Below are positions 40,364-50,517 of a DNA stretch of 64,000 nt, one piece after another. The DNA comes from an uncultured delta proteobacterium (GTDB taxonomy: Bacteria; Desulfobacterota; WTBG01; CAIYCZ01). Under the pieces are notes generated by a model. It had not been told where the DNA came from. It worked only from the letters and a program-made list of their open reading frames with translations, and did not search any database. The position numbers were made by a program, and so were the translations under genes. The DNA is taken from assembly GCA_963803975.1 (NCBI GenBank), contig CAWDOY010000054.1, positions 96,001 to 160,000 on the forward strand, given 5' to 3'. Position 1 is the stretch's first letter; the number at the start of each line of letters is the position of its first letter.

Positions 40364-41287
40364 GCAGTGCCGTGGTCAACCGAGGTCCTGATGATGGGCA
40401 GGCCGAGGGTAATGTTGACCCCGTCTTCAAAGTGCAGAAGCTTCAGCGGGATAAGCCCCTGATCATGGTACATGCAGACCACTGCGTCATAACGACCCTG
40501 CGCGGCATAGTAAAAGAGCGTATCAGCAGGATACGGACCTGAGACATTGACGCCCCGGTGCTGCGCCTGCGGTGATGGCCGGTAGTATTGTCTCCGCTTC
40601 TTCACCGCCGAACATGCCTTCCTCTCCCGCGTGCGGGTTGAGAGACGCAACAGCAATCCGCGGAGCGGGCAGGCTGAAATAGTTCTTCAGCCCCTCAGCG
40701 GTGATGAGCACGGTGTTCAAAATTTTTTCCCGGCTCAGGAGCCGGGGCACCTGGCTTACGGCGCAGTGAATGGTCACCAGCACCACGCGCAGTTTCTCCC
40801 CCGCGAGCATCATCACCACATCCTGCGTATCGGTGAGCCGGGCCAGCATCTCCGTGTGGCCGGGATACGGGTAGCCGCCCTCCTGCAGAGATTTTTTATT
40901 TATGGGCCCGGTCACCATGGCATCGATTTCACGGCACATGGCCATGGCAGCAGCCCGGACAATATACGCTCCCATGGCAGTGCCGGTCTCTTTGTCCGGG
41001 TGACCGTAGCGCAGCGTATCCGGATTAAGGCGCGAGAGGGAAAAGATATCAAGGGTCCCGAAGGTGAACGCAGCCTGCCGCAGGTCTTCAATGACGTGGA
41101 TGGCGAGCGGGGAATGGAGGGCTTTTTTTTCTTTTTCCAAAACTGCCGTGTCTCCCAGAACAAACGGCCGGCAGCAACGATATACGTCCTCGCACGACAG
41201 CGCCTTAATCACCACTTCAGGCCCGATGCCGACGGGATCGCCCATGGTGATGCCGATGAGCGGAAGAGCATGCGCGGCGGTATTCAT
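40198..41287 (-). CDS. pdxA: 4-hydroxythreonine-4-phosphate dehydrogenase; frameshift at ~40570, native stop apparently lost
   Basis: [21 protein letters not shown]; then [19 protein letters not shown] in the shifted frame. Confidence 0.93.
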
Positions 41288-41290
41288 GTA

Positions 41291-41674
41291 TTACCCCTTT
41301 TTATACACAGCCTCTTCCTCAAACATCTTTTCTCCCACGAGTGCCAGGCCGCCGGATTCCCATTTGCGGTAGAAGCAGCTCCGGTAGCCGGTGTGGCAGG
41401 CGGCAACGATCTGCTCCACCTTCATGAGCACGCAGTCCGCATCACAGTCAATAAAGACTTCTTTTACCTGCTGGGTGTGGCCGGAGCTTTCGCCTTTCAT
41501 CCAGTACTTCTGGCGGGACCTGCTCCAGAAGTGGGTTTTACCGGTCTCAAGGGTGGTCTTGAGAGATTCCCGGTTCATGTAGGCGACCATCAGCACTTCA
41601 CTATTCTGCCAGTCCTGGATGATGACCGGTACCAGGCCCTGGCTGTCATACTTGATTTGATCAAACAGTTCCAT
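41291..41674 (-). CDS. hisI: Phosphoribosyl-AMP cyclohydrolase
   Basis: [31 protein letters not shown]. Confidence 0.97.
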   Translation of the reverse strand: MELFDQIKYDSQGLVPVIIQDWQNSEVLMVAYMNRESLKTTLETGKTHFWSRSRQKYWMKGESSGHTQQVKEVFIDCDADCVLMKVEQIVAACHTGYRSCFYRKWESGGLALVGEKMFEEEAVYKKG

Positions 41675-41697
41675 TTTTCTCGTCCAACCTTTCTAAG

Positions 41698-41791
41698 AGG
41701 GTCCCAGGGGCCGAGGGTTCAAGGGTTCCAGCGTAGAAGTATTATTACTTTATTCCACTTGACCCCTTGAATCCTTGAACCCTAGAACCCT
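41698..41791. repeat. Inverted octamer array, AGGGTTCA class (copy 4)
   Basis: x4 AGCG - 22 nt - CACT x4, between hisF and hisI. Confidence 0.9.
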
Positions 41792-41795
41792 TTTT

Positions 41796-42569
41796 TTAGT
41801 TTCTCACCGCCACTCCCTTTGCCTGCAAGGTACTCTTTTACTTCTTTTACGCTGTACTGCCGGTAGTGAAAAATTGAGGCGGCAAGCACTGCGTCCGCCT
41901 CGCCGTCAGCGAGCGCCGCAAAGAGGTGCTCCATGTTGCCTGCCCCGCCTGAGGCAATAACCGGTATCGTGGTCGCGCGGGATATAGCACGGGTCAGCGG
42001 GATATCATAGCCGTCCTGGGTGCCGTCGCAGTCCATGCTGGTGAGAAGAATTTCTCCTGCCCCGTGCTGCTCCATACGCTGAGCCCATTCCACGGCATCA
42101 ATGCCGGTCGGAGTTCTGCCGCCATGGATGAAGACCTCCCACGCAAGCTGGTCTCCCCTGCCCGCGCGCGCTGTTTAGCGTCTATGGCGACCACGATGCA
42201 CTGGCTGCCGAATTTTTCTGCCGCCTGCTTGACAAAAGACTGGTCCTTTACCGCTGCCGTGTTGATGGACACCTTATCCGCGCCGGCATTGAGCAGGTTG
42301 CGTATATCGTCAAGGGTCCTGATGCCGCCGCCGACCGTGAGCGGCATGAAGACCTCGCTTGCCGTGCGCTGCACCACGTCAAGGATGATATTGCGGCGCT
42401 CATGGGATGCGGTGATATCAAGAAACACCAGCTCGTCAGCCCGCTCTGTGTCGTAGAACTTGGCGTTTTCAACCGGGTCTCCGGCATCCTGCAGGTTTAT
42501 GAAATTGACGCCCTTTACCACCCTGCCGTCTTTAACGTCAAGGCATGGTATGATTCTTTTTGCCAGCAT
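41796..42569 (-). CDS. hisF: IGP synthase cyclase subunit; frameshifts at ~42140 and ~41817
   Basis: [21 protein letters not shown], then [11 protein letters not shown] and AASIFH in a second frame. Confidence 0.95.
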
Positions 42570-42580
42570 GATTGAACTTC

Positions 42581-42631
42581 TGCCTCTGTGCCTGCCCCGA
42601 GCAGTGCCGAGGGGCCTATTGCCTTTTGCCT
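42581..42631 (-). repeat. GGCACAAA-class array with inserted GC hairpin; supplies the hisA stop
   Basis: TGCCTCTGTGCCTG-[CCCCGAGCAGTGCCGAGGGG]-CCTATTGCCTTTTGCCT. Confidence 0.7.
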
Positions 42632-43350
42632 TCAGCTATTCTGATACACTCCCGCAGATCAAGGTTCCCGGTATAGAGTGCCCTGCCGATAATGACGCCG
42701 CTGACGCCGAACTGCTCGACGGTGAGCAGCGCTTCAATATCCTCTATCCGCGATACGCCGCCTGACGCGATGACCGGAATGTGCGTGGACCGGGCAAGCA
42801 GTGCGGTACTCTCAATGTTCGGGCCGGTGAGCATGCCATCGCGCTTTATATCAGTAAAAACAATTGCTGCCAGGGGCAGATGCTCTATCTTTTTAACGAG
42901 GTCTACGACGCTCATCGCGGTCTTTTCCGTCCAGCCCTGGACGCACACCATGCCGTCAGTGGCATCAATGCCGACAATGATTCTCCCCGGCCAGGCCCGG
43001 CAGCTCTCCTCAAGAAAGCGAGGGTCTTTAATGGCGGCGGTGCCAAGTATCACCCGGTCTATGCCGCAGGAAAAATATTCTTTAATGGTTTCAATGTCGC
43101 GTATGCCGCCGCCCAGCTGCACGGGAACCGATACCGCGGAGACTATTGCGTTAATAGCGTCCCTGTTTTTAGGCTGCCCGGAGACTGCGCCATCCAGATC
43201 AACCACGTGAATTCTTTTGGCGCCCATCCCCTGCCAGGTTTTTGCCATCTCAGCCGGGTTTTCAGAATAGACCGTGGCCCGGTCCATGTCACCCTGACTT
43301 AAGCGCACACACTGCCCGCCCTTCAGATCAATTGCCGGTATAATAATCAT
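42616..43350 (-). CDS. hisA: ProFAR isomerase
   Basis: [32 protein letters not shown]. Confidence 0.98.
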   Translation of the reverse strand: MIIIPAIDLKGGQCVRLSQGDMDRATVYSENPAEMAKTWQGMGAKRIHVVDLDGAVSGQPKNRDAINAIVSAVSVPVQLGGGIRDIETIKEYFSCGIDRVILGTAAIKDPRFLEESCRAWPGRIIVGIDATDGMVCVQGWTEKTAMSVVDLVKKIEHLPLAAIVFTDIKRDGMLTGPNIESTALLARSTHIPVIASGGVSRIEDIEALLTVEQFGVSGVIIGRALYTGNLDLRECIRIAEGKRQ

Positions 43351-43490
43351 AGATGACTTTCATGCAGCGCTTATGTATACATTAAAACCTAAACAGTGAC
43401 AACTCAAAACTCCTGAGGGTCGAACCACCGAAAACGACTGATTTCCTGAGTCGAGTTATTTTTCCATTTTCGGATGAATGAGCCTCAGGC

Positions 43491-43523
43491 ACCGAATCCC
43501 TGATTCCCGGTCCCTAATCCCCG
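43491..43523 (-). repeat. Heptamer array (GGGATTA class); supplies the hisH stop
   Basis: Minus strand GGGATTA GGGACCG GGAATCA GGGATTC. Confidence 0.65.
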
Positions 43524-44177
43524 GCTACGGTCTCTGCAAAACGCCTGAGAACCTGCAGCCCCAGCAGCTGGCTCTTTTCCGGATGAAACTGAAAAGCAAC
43601 TATATTGTCTTTCCAGATGCTTGAGGTGAACTCAACGCCGTAGCGCGTGGTTGCCGCAGCCACGTCCCGGTCCTGCGGCACGACATAGTAGGAGTGGACG
43701 AAGTAGAAATATGATTCATCCGGGATGCCTTCAAGGCACGGAGGCCGCCTTTTTATGCTGATGGTATTCCAGCCCATGTGGGGGATTTTCAAGCGCGCGG
43801 GATTTCCGCCTGAAGAGCCCTGCTGCTCCACCATGCGGTCAGGGAAGCGGACCACACGGCCCTTAATGATATCAAGGCCGGGGGTGATGCCGAATTCCTC
43901 GCTTTCGGAAAAAAGAATCTGCAGGCCCAGGCAGAGCCCCAGGAACGGCTTTCCTGCCTGAATGGATTTGACCAGAGGCGTGTATCAGGTTGAGCGCATC
44001 AAGGTTTTTCAGGCAGTCTCTGAAAGCGCCCACGCCGGGCAGCACCAGGGCCCGGGCGTCGCGCACCTCCTGCGGAGTGCGGATGATGCGCGCTTCGTAG
44101 CCGGTCTTTTCAAATGCCTTCTGCACGCTGCGCAGGTTACCCATCCCGTAGTCAATGATACTGATTATACTGCCCAC
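43514..44177 (-). CDS. hisH: IGP synthase glutaminase subunit; frameshift at ~43975
   Basis: IDYGMGNLRSV, LPGVGAF; PHMGWN, FVHSY, QFHPEKS. Confidence 0.95.
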
Positions 44178-44180
44178 CTG

Positions 44181-44768
44181 CTACAGCGTTCCTTTCGTCG
44201 AGGGCACGCCGCTAACCCGCTGGTCAATCTGGGTGGCTTCGTCGAGAGAGCGCGCGAATGCCTTGAAGATGGCCTCAATGATATGGTGATAATTTTTACC
44301 GCGCAGCACATTGATGTGCAGGGTGGTGCCGCTCTTATTCACAAAGGCCTGAAAGAATTCCTCGACCAGCTCAAGGTCAAAGGTTCCGGTTTTGCCTTTC
44401 AGCGGCGGAACATTGAATATCAGAAACGGCCGTCCGCTGATGTCAAGCGCCACCTGCGCCAGAGATTCATCCATAGGTACGGTTTTATCACCATAGCGCC
44501 TGATATTGCGCTTGCCGCCGAGCGCCTTGAGCACTGCCTCGCCAAGGCAGATGCCGGTATCCTCCACCGTATGGTGCAGGTCTATGTGGGTGTCCCCCTG
44601 CGCCTTGATGGTGAGATCAAACAGCCCGTGCTTTGCCGTCAGCTCCAGCATGTGATTGAGAAAGGGGGCCGGGGTTGCGATGCGGTAGGCGCCTGAACCG
44701 TCAATGTTCAGGCGCACCGTGATGTCGGTCTCAGATGTTTTTCTCTTTATGGTTGCTGTCCGTTTCAT
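44181..44768 (-). CDS. hisB: Imidazoleglycerol-phosphate dehydratase
   Basis: [35 protein letters not shown]. Confidence 0.98.
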   Translation of the reverse strand: MKRTATIKRKTSETDITVRLNIDGSGAYRIATPAPFLNHMLELTAKHGLFDLTIKAQGDTHIDLHHTVEDTGICLGEAVLKALGGKRNIRRYGDKTVPMDESLAQVALDISGRPFLIFNVPPLKGKTGTFDLELVEEFFQAFVNKSGTTLHINVLRGKNYHHIIEAIFKAFARSLDEATQIDQRVSGVPSTKGTL

Positions 44769-44851
44769 TAAAGTCTCCGCTGATGTGCGCTGCATGATAG
44801 TGCAGCCTATTGTAGCACCGGTGTTTCAGCTGTTTCAAGAATTTTTCCCGA

Positions 44852-45124
44852 TCAGCTCTTGGGGGCTTTTTTCTGCGCCTTGGCCTGAGCCTTTAAGGCT
44901 TTTTTATCAGCTTTAAAACATTGCTGAGCGCCGGTAATGGCAGGTTCACTCTGCTTCATGTCAGCCGGCTTGAGCGGCTCAACCGCAGTGCCTGCAGCGT
45001 CCCGAAGTTTCCTTTTTTTAAAATAATCTACTATATGGGTGCTGAAGGATTTTCCAAACTGGCCAATAAACCCTGCCAGTAGCACTATGACAATCCATTT
45101 CAGTGCTTCAAGAAACGTATCCAT
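44852..45124 (-). CDS. Hypothetical membrane-anchored protein
   Basis: 90 aa; WIVIVLLAGFIGQFGKS and Lys-rich tail. Confidence 0.7.
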   Translation of the reverse strand: MDTFLEALKWIVIVLLAGFIGQFGKSFSTHIVDYFKKRKLRDAAGTAVEPLKPADMKQSEPAITGAQQCFKADKKALKAQAKAQKKAPKS

Positions 45125-45260
45125 TGTCCATAGTTATTGCTGAAAAGAGCTTTAACTTCAAGCTATTTCTCTCTCATTTTATACTTGTCTATTTATCATG
45201 ATTCAAATATCTTTACGGTAAGATGTAGGGCGCTACAAACAGTACGAATTGACTGGCACG

Positions 45261-45905
45261 ATGGCATTAGACAGCTTTTTTTATGTTGCAACGCGAATAA
45301 GAACATTCTTTTCACCCGCCATAAAAAAATTACTTCCTGAATTTCTGGCCGCAGCGCTGCGAACCCGGGCGAATCAGCTCATTGGCCCTGCAGCTCTTTA
45401 TATGCTGCTGTCAGATCTGAGCACCATCCCCTCCATCAAGCTTCCGCCCGGCTATCATTCTGCTGCTCTTTCTCCCGGACATGAAATCGATTATATCGGG
45501 GTAATGCGCCGGTCTCTGGTGGCAGAGGCTGACATGGAATGGTTCTGCAGAACCTTCAGCAATGACGCGCAATATAATCCGGATAATTTGCTGCTCATCT
45601 ATGAAGACACCACACCAATAGCTGCGGCAGCAGCCTGGCAGACGCTGTTGGGGTCAAAGAAGACGGGCCTTGTGCATATGGTCGGCGTTGACAGGAAGTA
45701 TCAGGGCCGGGGTTTGGGGAGAGTCATAACGCTGCTGGTTCTGCGCCGGCTGAAAGAACGCGGGTTTCATAGCGTGATGGCAGCTACCGAGGATTTCCGC
45801 ATACCGGCGCTTAGCCTCTATCTGTCTCTCGGGTTCAAACCGGTATGCAGGAACAGGCTGGACGCACTGAGATGGAAAAAGGTTTTGAGCCGGATACCGG
45901 TATAG
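45261..45905 (+). CDS. GNAT family N-acetyltransferase
   Basis: VGVDRKYQGRGLG acetyl-CoA motif, ALSLYLSLGF. Confidence 0.85.
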   Translation: MALDSFFYVATRIRTFFSPAIKKLLPEFLAAALRTRANQLIGPAALYMLLSDLSTIPSIKLPPGYHSAALSPGHEIDYIGVMRRSLVAEADMEWFCRTFSNDAQYNPDNLLLIYEDTTPIAAAAAWQTLLGSKKTGLVHMVGVDRKYQGRGLGRVITLLVLRRLKERGFHSVMAATEDFRIPALSLYLSLGFKPVCRNRLDALRWKKVLSRIPV

Positions 45906-46075
45906 CCGGGAAATCGGCCTTGTTATTGCTGTGACCGGCCGGATTCCTGTGGGAGTTTCCGCCGCGCAGCCTGAACGAGAGCAGCTGCTGGTAACGGGGA
46001 CCATTAAAACTACCAAACACGTAAAAGCGTTTTTGCAGGCAGCAAGCGTCAGGATACTTCCGTAGTAATTATGAT

Positions 46076-46116
46076 CTTTGTGCCTTCTTGTGCCTTCTGC
46101 CTGTTGCCTTTTCCTT
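46076..46116 (-). repeat. GGCACAAA-class array
   Basis: CTTTGTGCCTTCTTGTGCCTTCTGCCTGTTGCCTTTTCCTT directly after the stop of the beta-propeller gene. Confidence 0.7.
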
Positions 46117-46118
46117 CC

Positions 46119-47642
46119 CTACCTCGCCGTTCCACCCCTCTTCTGCACCACAGCTTCTATGGGTCCATGGAAGATATTGTTATCCTGCAGGTCAGTGTTC
46201 TCCAGCCGGTAAAAACAGGCATTCCCTTCTTTCATCGTGTCATCAACATATTCGTAAGATGCCCCATCTGCCGCGGAGCCGCGCGCGGGAATGATCTGGG
46301 AATTAATTTTAATGTAGGTGCCGTTGGCCGCCTCAGCGCGGTAGATGTTGAAGCCGGCATTGCCGGGTTCCGCTCTGGTGCTCCACCGCAGCGCCACGTG
46401 ACTGTTCCCGGGCAGGGCGGAGAAGTTCTTAAGCTCAGTCAGCGGCGCCCGGGACGTTAAGCAGTACAGGCCCCCGGCTCCCCCGCACATGCTGTACACA
46501 TAGAGGCTTTCGTCATCGCCGATGGTGATATGTTCAAAGGAACTGGTGGGCACACAGAGGCTGTCCAGCTTCCAGCGCTCAGTGCCGCTCGCGCTGTAAC
46601 TGTACAGGGCAAAGGGCTCGGCGGTTGCAAAGTAGATATTATCCTGGGCATCCGCAACAATGGCAGCCTGGATGTAGCCCGGCACGGTTATCTCCCAGCG
46701 CGGCTGGCCCTCCAGGTCATAAGAGGCCACGCGGTCATAATCTCCCGGGGCTTCTTTGGGCGCGTAGATTATACCGCTGTCGGTAACAGCAATGCTGGTG
46801 GGCTGGTTTTTATGATGTCCTTCCCTGCTCCACTTGAGAGAGCCGTCAGGATTTATAGCCAGCAGGGTTCCGTTGCTGACGGCCAAAATGGTTCCATTGG
46901 GAGCAGCGCAGCGCAGCTCTGCTGCGGGATAGGACCAGACCGTTTTCCAGAATTCCTTGCCGGTTCCGGGGTCGCTCGCTATCTGCTGCGCGTCAATCAC
47001 GTGCGGGTCGCTGCCCCGGCTGCATTGCTGGCGATATACCAGCGAGTCGTCGCCGCTGTCGGGAATTGTGTCAGGATAAAACGTGCAGTAGCCGGGCCAC
47101 ACAGCAGCGCCGTCACGGTCGTATATCTGTTCCTGGAAATGAATTAATCCCCCGGCAAGGCTAACGCCGAAACCGCCGTTCCAGTAATTCGCTTTGCCCT
47201 CCCATTCTTTGGAACCCATGCTGTTAAGACCTGCCTTTTTCCCGAAGCAGCCGCCGTCATGCACATAGACATGATTCTGTTCGTCCAGGGCAAATTTGTG
47301 ACACACATCAGGATATGACCAGAGAAGCGACCCATTGTTGTCATAGTGCAGCAGCGCGTTTCCACGCGCATCATAACGATAGATCCCATCCGGGGTTGTG
47401 TAGGCTGAGCCCCACTGCGTGCCGGGTATCACCCATTTTATGACCGGCTTTGTGACGGGACCGGTGCCGGATGACTGGGCGGTATGCTGCGGGTTGTTGC
47501 CCTGCATGGACCAGCAGGGCAGGGACTTGGCGCTCACCTCGGCAACATAGCTTACCGCAGCAAGCACTGTTATAAGCAGACCTGCCGTTATGCCGCGCAA
47601 AAGTTTTGAGAATGAATTAGGTGACAGTGATTTTTGCCTCAT
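46119..47642 (-). CDS. Secreted PQQ-like beta-propeller repeat protein with C-terminal Ig/Fn3-like domain
   Basis: Signal peptide, WSMQGNNPQHT, repeated GxxxW blades, C-terminal VALRWST...GFNIYR...YEYVD...YRLE. Confidence 0.8.
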   Translation of the reverse strand: MRQKSLSPNSFSKLLRGITAGLLITVLAAVSYVAEVSAKSLPCWSMQGNNPQHTAQSSGTGPVTKPVIKWVIPGTQWGSAYTTPDGIYRYDARGNALLHYDNNGSLLWSYPDVCHKFALDEQNHVYVHDGGCFGKKAGLNSMGSKEWEGKANYWNGGFGVSLAGGLIHFQEQIYDRDGAAVWPGYCTFYPDTIPDSGDDSLVYRQQCSRGSDPHVIDAQQIASDPGTGKEFWKTVWSYPAAELRCAAPNGTILAVSNGTLLAINPDGSLKWSREGHHKNQPTSIAVTDSGIIYAPKEAPGDYDRVASYDLEGQPRWEITVPGYIQAAIVADAQDNIYFATAEPFALYSYSASGTERWKLDSLCVPTSSFEHITIGDDESLYVYSMCGGAGGLYCLTSRAPLTELKNFSALPGNSHVALRWSTRAEPGNAGFNIYRAEAANGTYIKINSQIIPARGSAADGASYEYVDDTMKEGNACFYRLENTDLQDNNIFHGPIEAVVQKRGGTAR

Positions 47643-47673
47643 TCAGCAAGATTGTAAGATTGAATTACAAAAT

Positions 47674-47709
47674 AAAAAACCCCCGCCAGCACGCAGGCTG
47701 ACAGAGGTT
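47674..47709 (-). terminator. Intrinsic terminator within the 5' leader of the beta-propeller gene
   Basis: AACCTCTGTCAGC/GCTGGCGGGGGTT 13-bp stem (3 G-U pairs, valid only on the minus strand) ending in a T-run. Confidence 0.75.
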
Positions 47710-47793
47710 CTGGTAATTACAAAAAATTATGATTATTATGCTGAAGGCTGGCTATTGATGATGCCACGGGAATAATCCCCTGATTTCCAAATA

Positions 47794-47822
47794 ATCATAT
47801 AAAAAAACAAATAATAAGTCAA
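47794..47822 (-). promoter_or_regulatory. Sigma70 promoter
   Basis: TTGACT-17nt-TATGAT on the minus strand. Confidence 0.65.
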
Positions 47823-47985
47823 TAACTCATGTTGATTGATGTATTGAAATTAAATTGGCAATTATTGAATTTATTTTTATTATTTTATATCCTATGAAAG
47901 AATTAGTTTTGACTACCTGCTTCTCTTCATGTAAATAATAGCTATAATATAACAAGAAAATATAGTGACAGGGAGGAGTAGCTTT

Positions 47986-48744
47986 ATGGACAATATAATG
48001 AGAACAGCAAATCCGGCGTTAAACGATAAAACGTTCACAGGGCTCGAGTATTCCGGGGCGCGAGATAATGTGATGACCATACAGGGCACGGTAAATAAGA
48101 CCGGTGTACTGCTTGCCCTGGTTTTAATAGCGGCAGCATGGGTGTGGAAGATGTTTTTCGAGAGCGGCAACCCGGCGGCAGTAACACCTTGGATGATCGG
48201 GGGAGCCATTGGCGGGTTTGTTGTCGCCCTGGTGACGGTATTTAAAAAAGAGTGGGCGGGAGCGACTGCTCCGGTGTACGCGGTGCTGGAAGGATTATTT
48301 CTTGGCGGAACCTCCGCCATCTTTGAAGCGCGCTTTCCGGGGATTGTGATTCAGGCAGTCGGACTTACCTTCGGCACCCTGTTCTGCCTTCTGATTGCTT
48401 ACAGATCAGGGCTCATAAAGGCGACAGAAAATTTCAAGCTGGGCGTTGTGGCCGCAACCGGCGGGATCGCGCTGATGTATTTTATCACCATGATCCTGGG
48501 CTTCTTCGGTGTCAGCGTGCCCTTCATTCAGGGCAGCAGTCCCCTCAGCATCGGTATCAGTGTTTTTATCGTGATAATTGCCGCGCTGAACCTGGTGCTT
48601 GATTTTGATTTCATTGAAAACGGCTCCGCTGCGGGCGCACCCAAATACATGGAGTGGTATGCCGCCTTCGGCCTGATGGTCACCCTGATATGGCTCTACA
48701 TCGAGATTTTGCGGCTGCTGAGCAAGTTACGGTCGCGGGATTAG
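47986..48744 (+). CDS. Bax inhibitor-1/YccA-like membrane protein
   Basis: MTIQGTVNKT, YAVLEGLFLG, NLVLDFDFIE, GAPKYMEWY, TLIWLYIEILRLL. Confidence 0.92.
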   Translation: MDNIMRTANPALNDKTFTGLEYSGARDNVMTIQGTVNKTGVLLALVLIAAAWVWKMFFESGNPAAVTPWMIGGAIGGFVVALVTVFKKEWAGATAPVYAVLEGLFLGGTSAIFEARFPGIVIQAVGLTFGTLFCLLIAYRSGLIKATENFKLGVVAATGGIALMYFITMILGFFGVSVPFIQGSSPLSIGISVFIVIIAALNLVLDFDFIENGSAAGAPKYMEWYAAFGLMVTLIWLYIEILRLLSKLRSRD

Positions 48745-48807
48745 GAATGCGTTGAGCGAAAAAGAGGGCAGCGCCCTATAAAAAGAGTACTCAATGCGGT
48801 TCATTAT

Positions 48808-49035
48808 TTATAAGAGTTTTTTAAATTCTTCTGTTTCGAGACGGGCTTGTTTTAAAATGTGGGCAAGAGTTGAACGCTTGATCGGTCGGCGAGTTGGGAC
48901 AGTTAACTTGAGGACTTCTGTTGCGGTATGTTTCTGCAGTCGGATGTGGCTTCCTTTTTGTCGTACTACTACCCAGCCATCCCGCTGCAATGCCCTGATA
49001 ACTTGTTCGTAATTGACGCTGGGTACTTTTGTCAT
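48808..49035 (-). CDS. hicA: HicA-family toxin
   Basis: 75 aa; GWVVVRQKGSHIRL...TL..ILKQA. Confidence 0.9.
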   Translation of the reverse strand: MTKVPSVNYEQVIRALQRDGWVVVRQKGSHIRLQKHTATEVLKLTVPTRRPIKRSTLAHILKQARLETEEFKKLL

Positions 49036-49241
49036 ACTGCCAGTTCAATCACTTCAGCCTTTGGAAGAGACAACAGGTCATCTTCAACCGGCTCAAGATA
49101 CAGCTCAATGGCTTCTTTAATATTTGCCAGGGCTTGTTCACGGGTATCCCCCTCGCTGATACAACCGGGAAGGCTTGGCACTAATGCTGTAAAACCACCT
49201 TCATCACTCGGCTCTAATACTATTTTAAGCTTCATCACCAA
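49032..49241 (-). CDS. hicB: Short HicB-family antitoxin
   Basis: EGGFTALVPSLPGCISEGDTREQALANIKEAIELYLE. Confidence 0.92.
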   Translation of the reverse strand: MVMKLKIVLEPSDEGGFTALVPSLPGCISEGDTREQALANIKEAIELYLEPVEDDLLSLPKAEVIELAV

Positions 49242-49267
49242 CCACCCGTTTTCTTGTTGAGTTTGAG

Positions 49268-49345
<78 letters not shown>

Positions 49346-49447
49346 ATCAAAAAGAAAAATTCTAAACACGAAATTCTAATGCCCAAAACCTACAGAGCAG
49401 GTGAAGAAGAAAGTACCATAAGTCAGCGATAAAGGCAACGCTTCTAT

Positions 49448-49599
49448 CAGGCTGTTGAAAAACACCCATCTGCTGCGTTGCGCTCACCCATCGTCATTGC
49501 GACGTACTGGAAAGTACGCCTCATTCCTGCAGGATTTCGCGCGCCTTGCATCTGGATGTTTTTGACCAGCCTGGAAAAGACTACTTTTTCAACAGACTG
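49448..49599 (+). mobile_element. MITE family B, 152 bp, 15-bp TIR, 4-bp TSD CTAT
   Basis: CAGGCTGTTGAAAAA ... TTTTTCAACAGACTG, CTAT on both flanks; extra internal end TTTTTGACCAGCCTG. Confidence 0.88.
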
Positions 49600-50206
49600 C
49601 TATTGGCTGACCATGCCCAGAAAATCCGGGAGGATTTTGCGAAGCTCATGCAGGGCCCGCGCCCGGTGACTGATTCTATTTTTCTGCTCAGGCTCCATCT
49701 CGGCAAAGGTGAGCCCTGATGCAGGGTCTAAAAAGACCGGGTCATAGCCGAAACCGTTATGCCCGCGCGGCTCATCAATGATCACGCCCCGGTATTCTCC
49801 GGTGACCACCTTCTCCGTTCCCGATGGGCTGACAATCGCAAGCACGCAGCAAAAGCGCGCACCGCGGTTTTCAGGCGCTAACCCCTGCAGCTTCCGCAGC
49901 AGCTTTTTATAATTTTCCCTGTCACTGGCTCTGTCTCCGGCATAGCGGGCAGAATAAATGCCGGGATGTCCGGAGAGAGCAGTCAACTTCCAGCCCTGAA
50001 TCATCAGCAATAGTTACCAGGCCGGTGTGAGCGCAGATGGCGCGGGCTTTTTTCAGGGCGTTTTCTGCAAAACTCTCCCCGTCTTCTACCACAGCAGGGT
50101 GTTCAGAGAAATCCTTAAGAGAAAGAAGCTCCACGTCAAAGCCCTGCAGCAGGTCCTTCAGTTCCCTGAGTTTATTCTGATTCGTCGTGGCGATAACGAT
50201 TTTCAT
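49600..50206 (-). CDS. rdgB: XTP/dITP diphosphatase; frameshift at ~49980
   Basis: IATTNQNKLRE, ENALKKA, ADDSGLEVD; PGIYSARY, GFGYDPVF, KNRISHRARA. Confidence 0.95.
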
Positions 50207-50215
50207 GGTTTTAAA

Positions 50216-50517
50216 AAGGCACAAGGCAACAGGCACAAAGGCACAGAGGTTGGAAGAAGTGCTGCGTTTGGAGTAATTTGGTTTTTCGTACTTCCACGTT
50301 TCAGTTTCCGTGTTTTCTTGCGAGCTGCGAGTCACGGGCCACCGGGCACTGTTCACCCGTCCTCCGCCCGCCTTCCGAAGCACGCTTCGTGCGGAGGGCA
50401 GGTAGCACCGAAAAGTGTGGCCAGACCAAATTCAAACGTATACTTCGCAATCACCGATACGTTTTTTTTCAACACTGCGGAGGGTGGACGAATCCCGAGT
50501 CCCGATCCACGACGCAC
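50216..50517. repeat. Composite repeat patch (GGCACAAA array, several heptamer classes, REP-like hairpin)
   Basis: AAGGCACAAGGCAACAGGCACAAAGGCACAGAGG 50216-50249; TTTCAGTTTCCGTGTTTTC; CCTTCCGAAGCACGCTTCGTGCGGAGGG; CGAATCCCGAGTCCCGATCCACG. Confidence 0.65.

Noticed and set aside
20449..41791. Repeat arrays as CRISPR
   Set aside because: Units are 7-9 bp, degenerate and inverted, with no repeat-spacer periodicity and no cas genes.
45254..45270. Sigma54 promoter at TGGCACG
   Set aside because: No TTGC at the -12 position, and it runs into the start codon.
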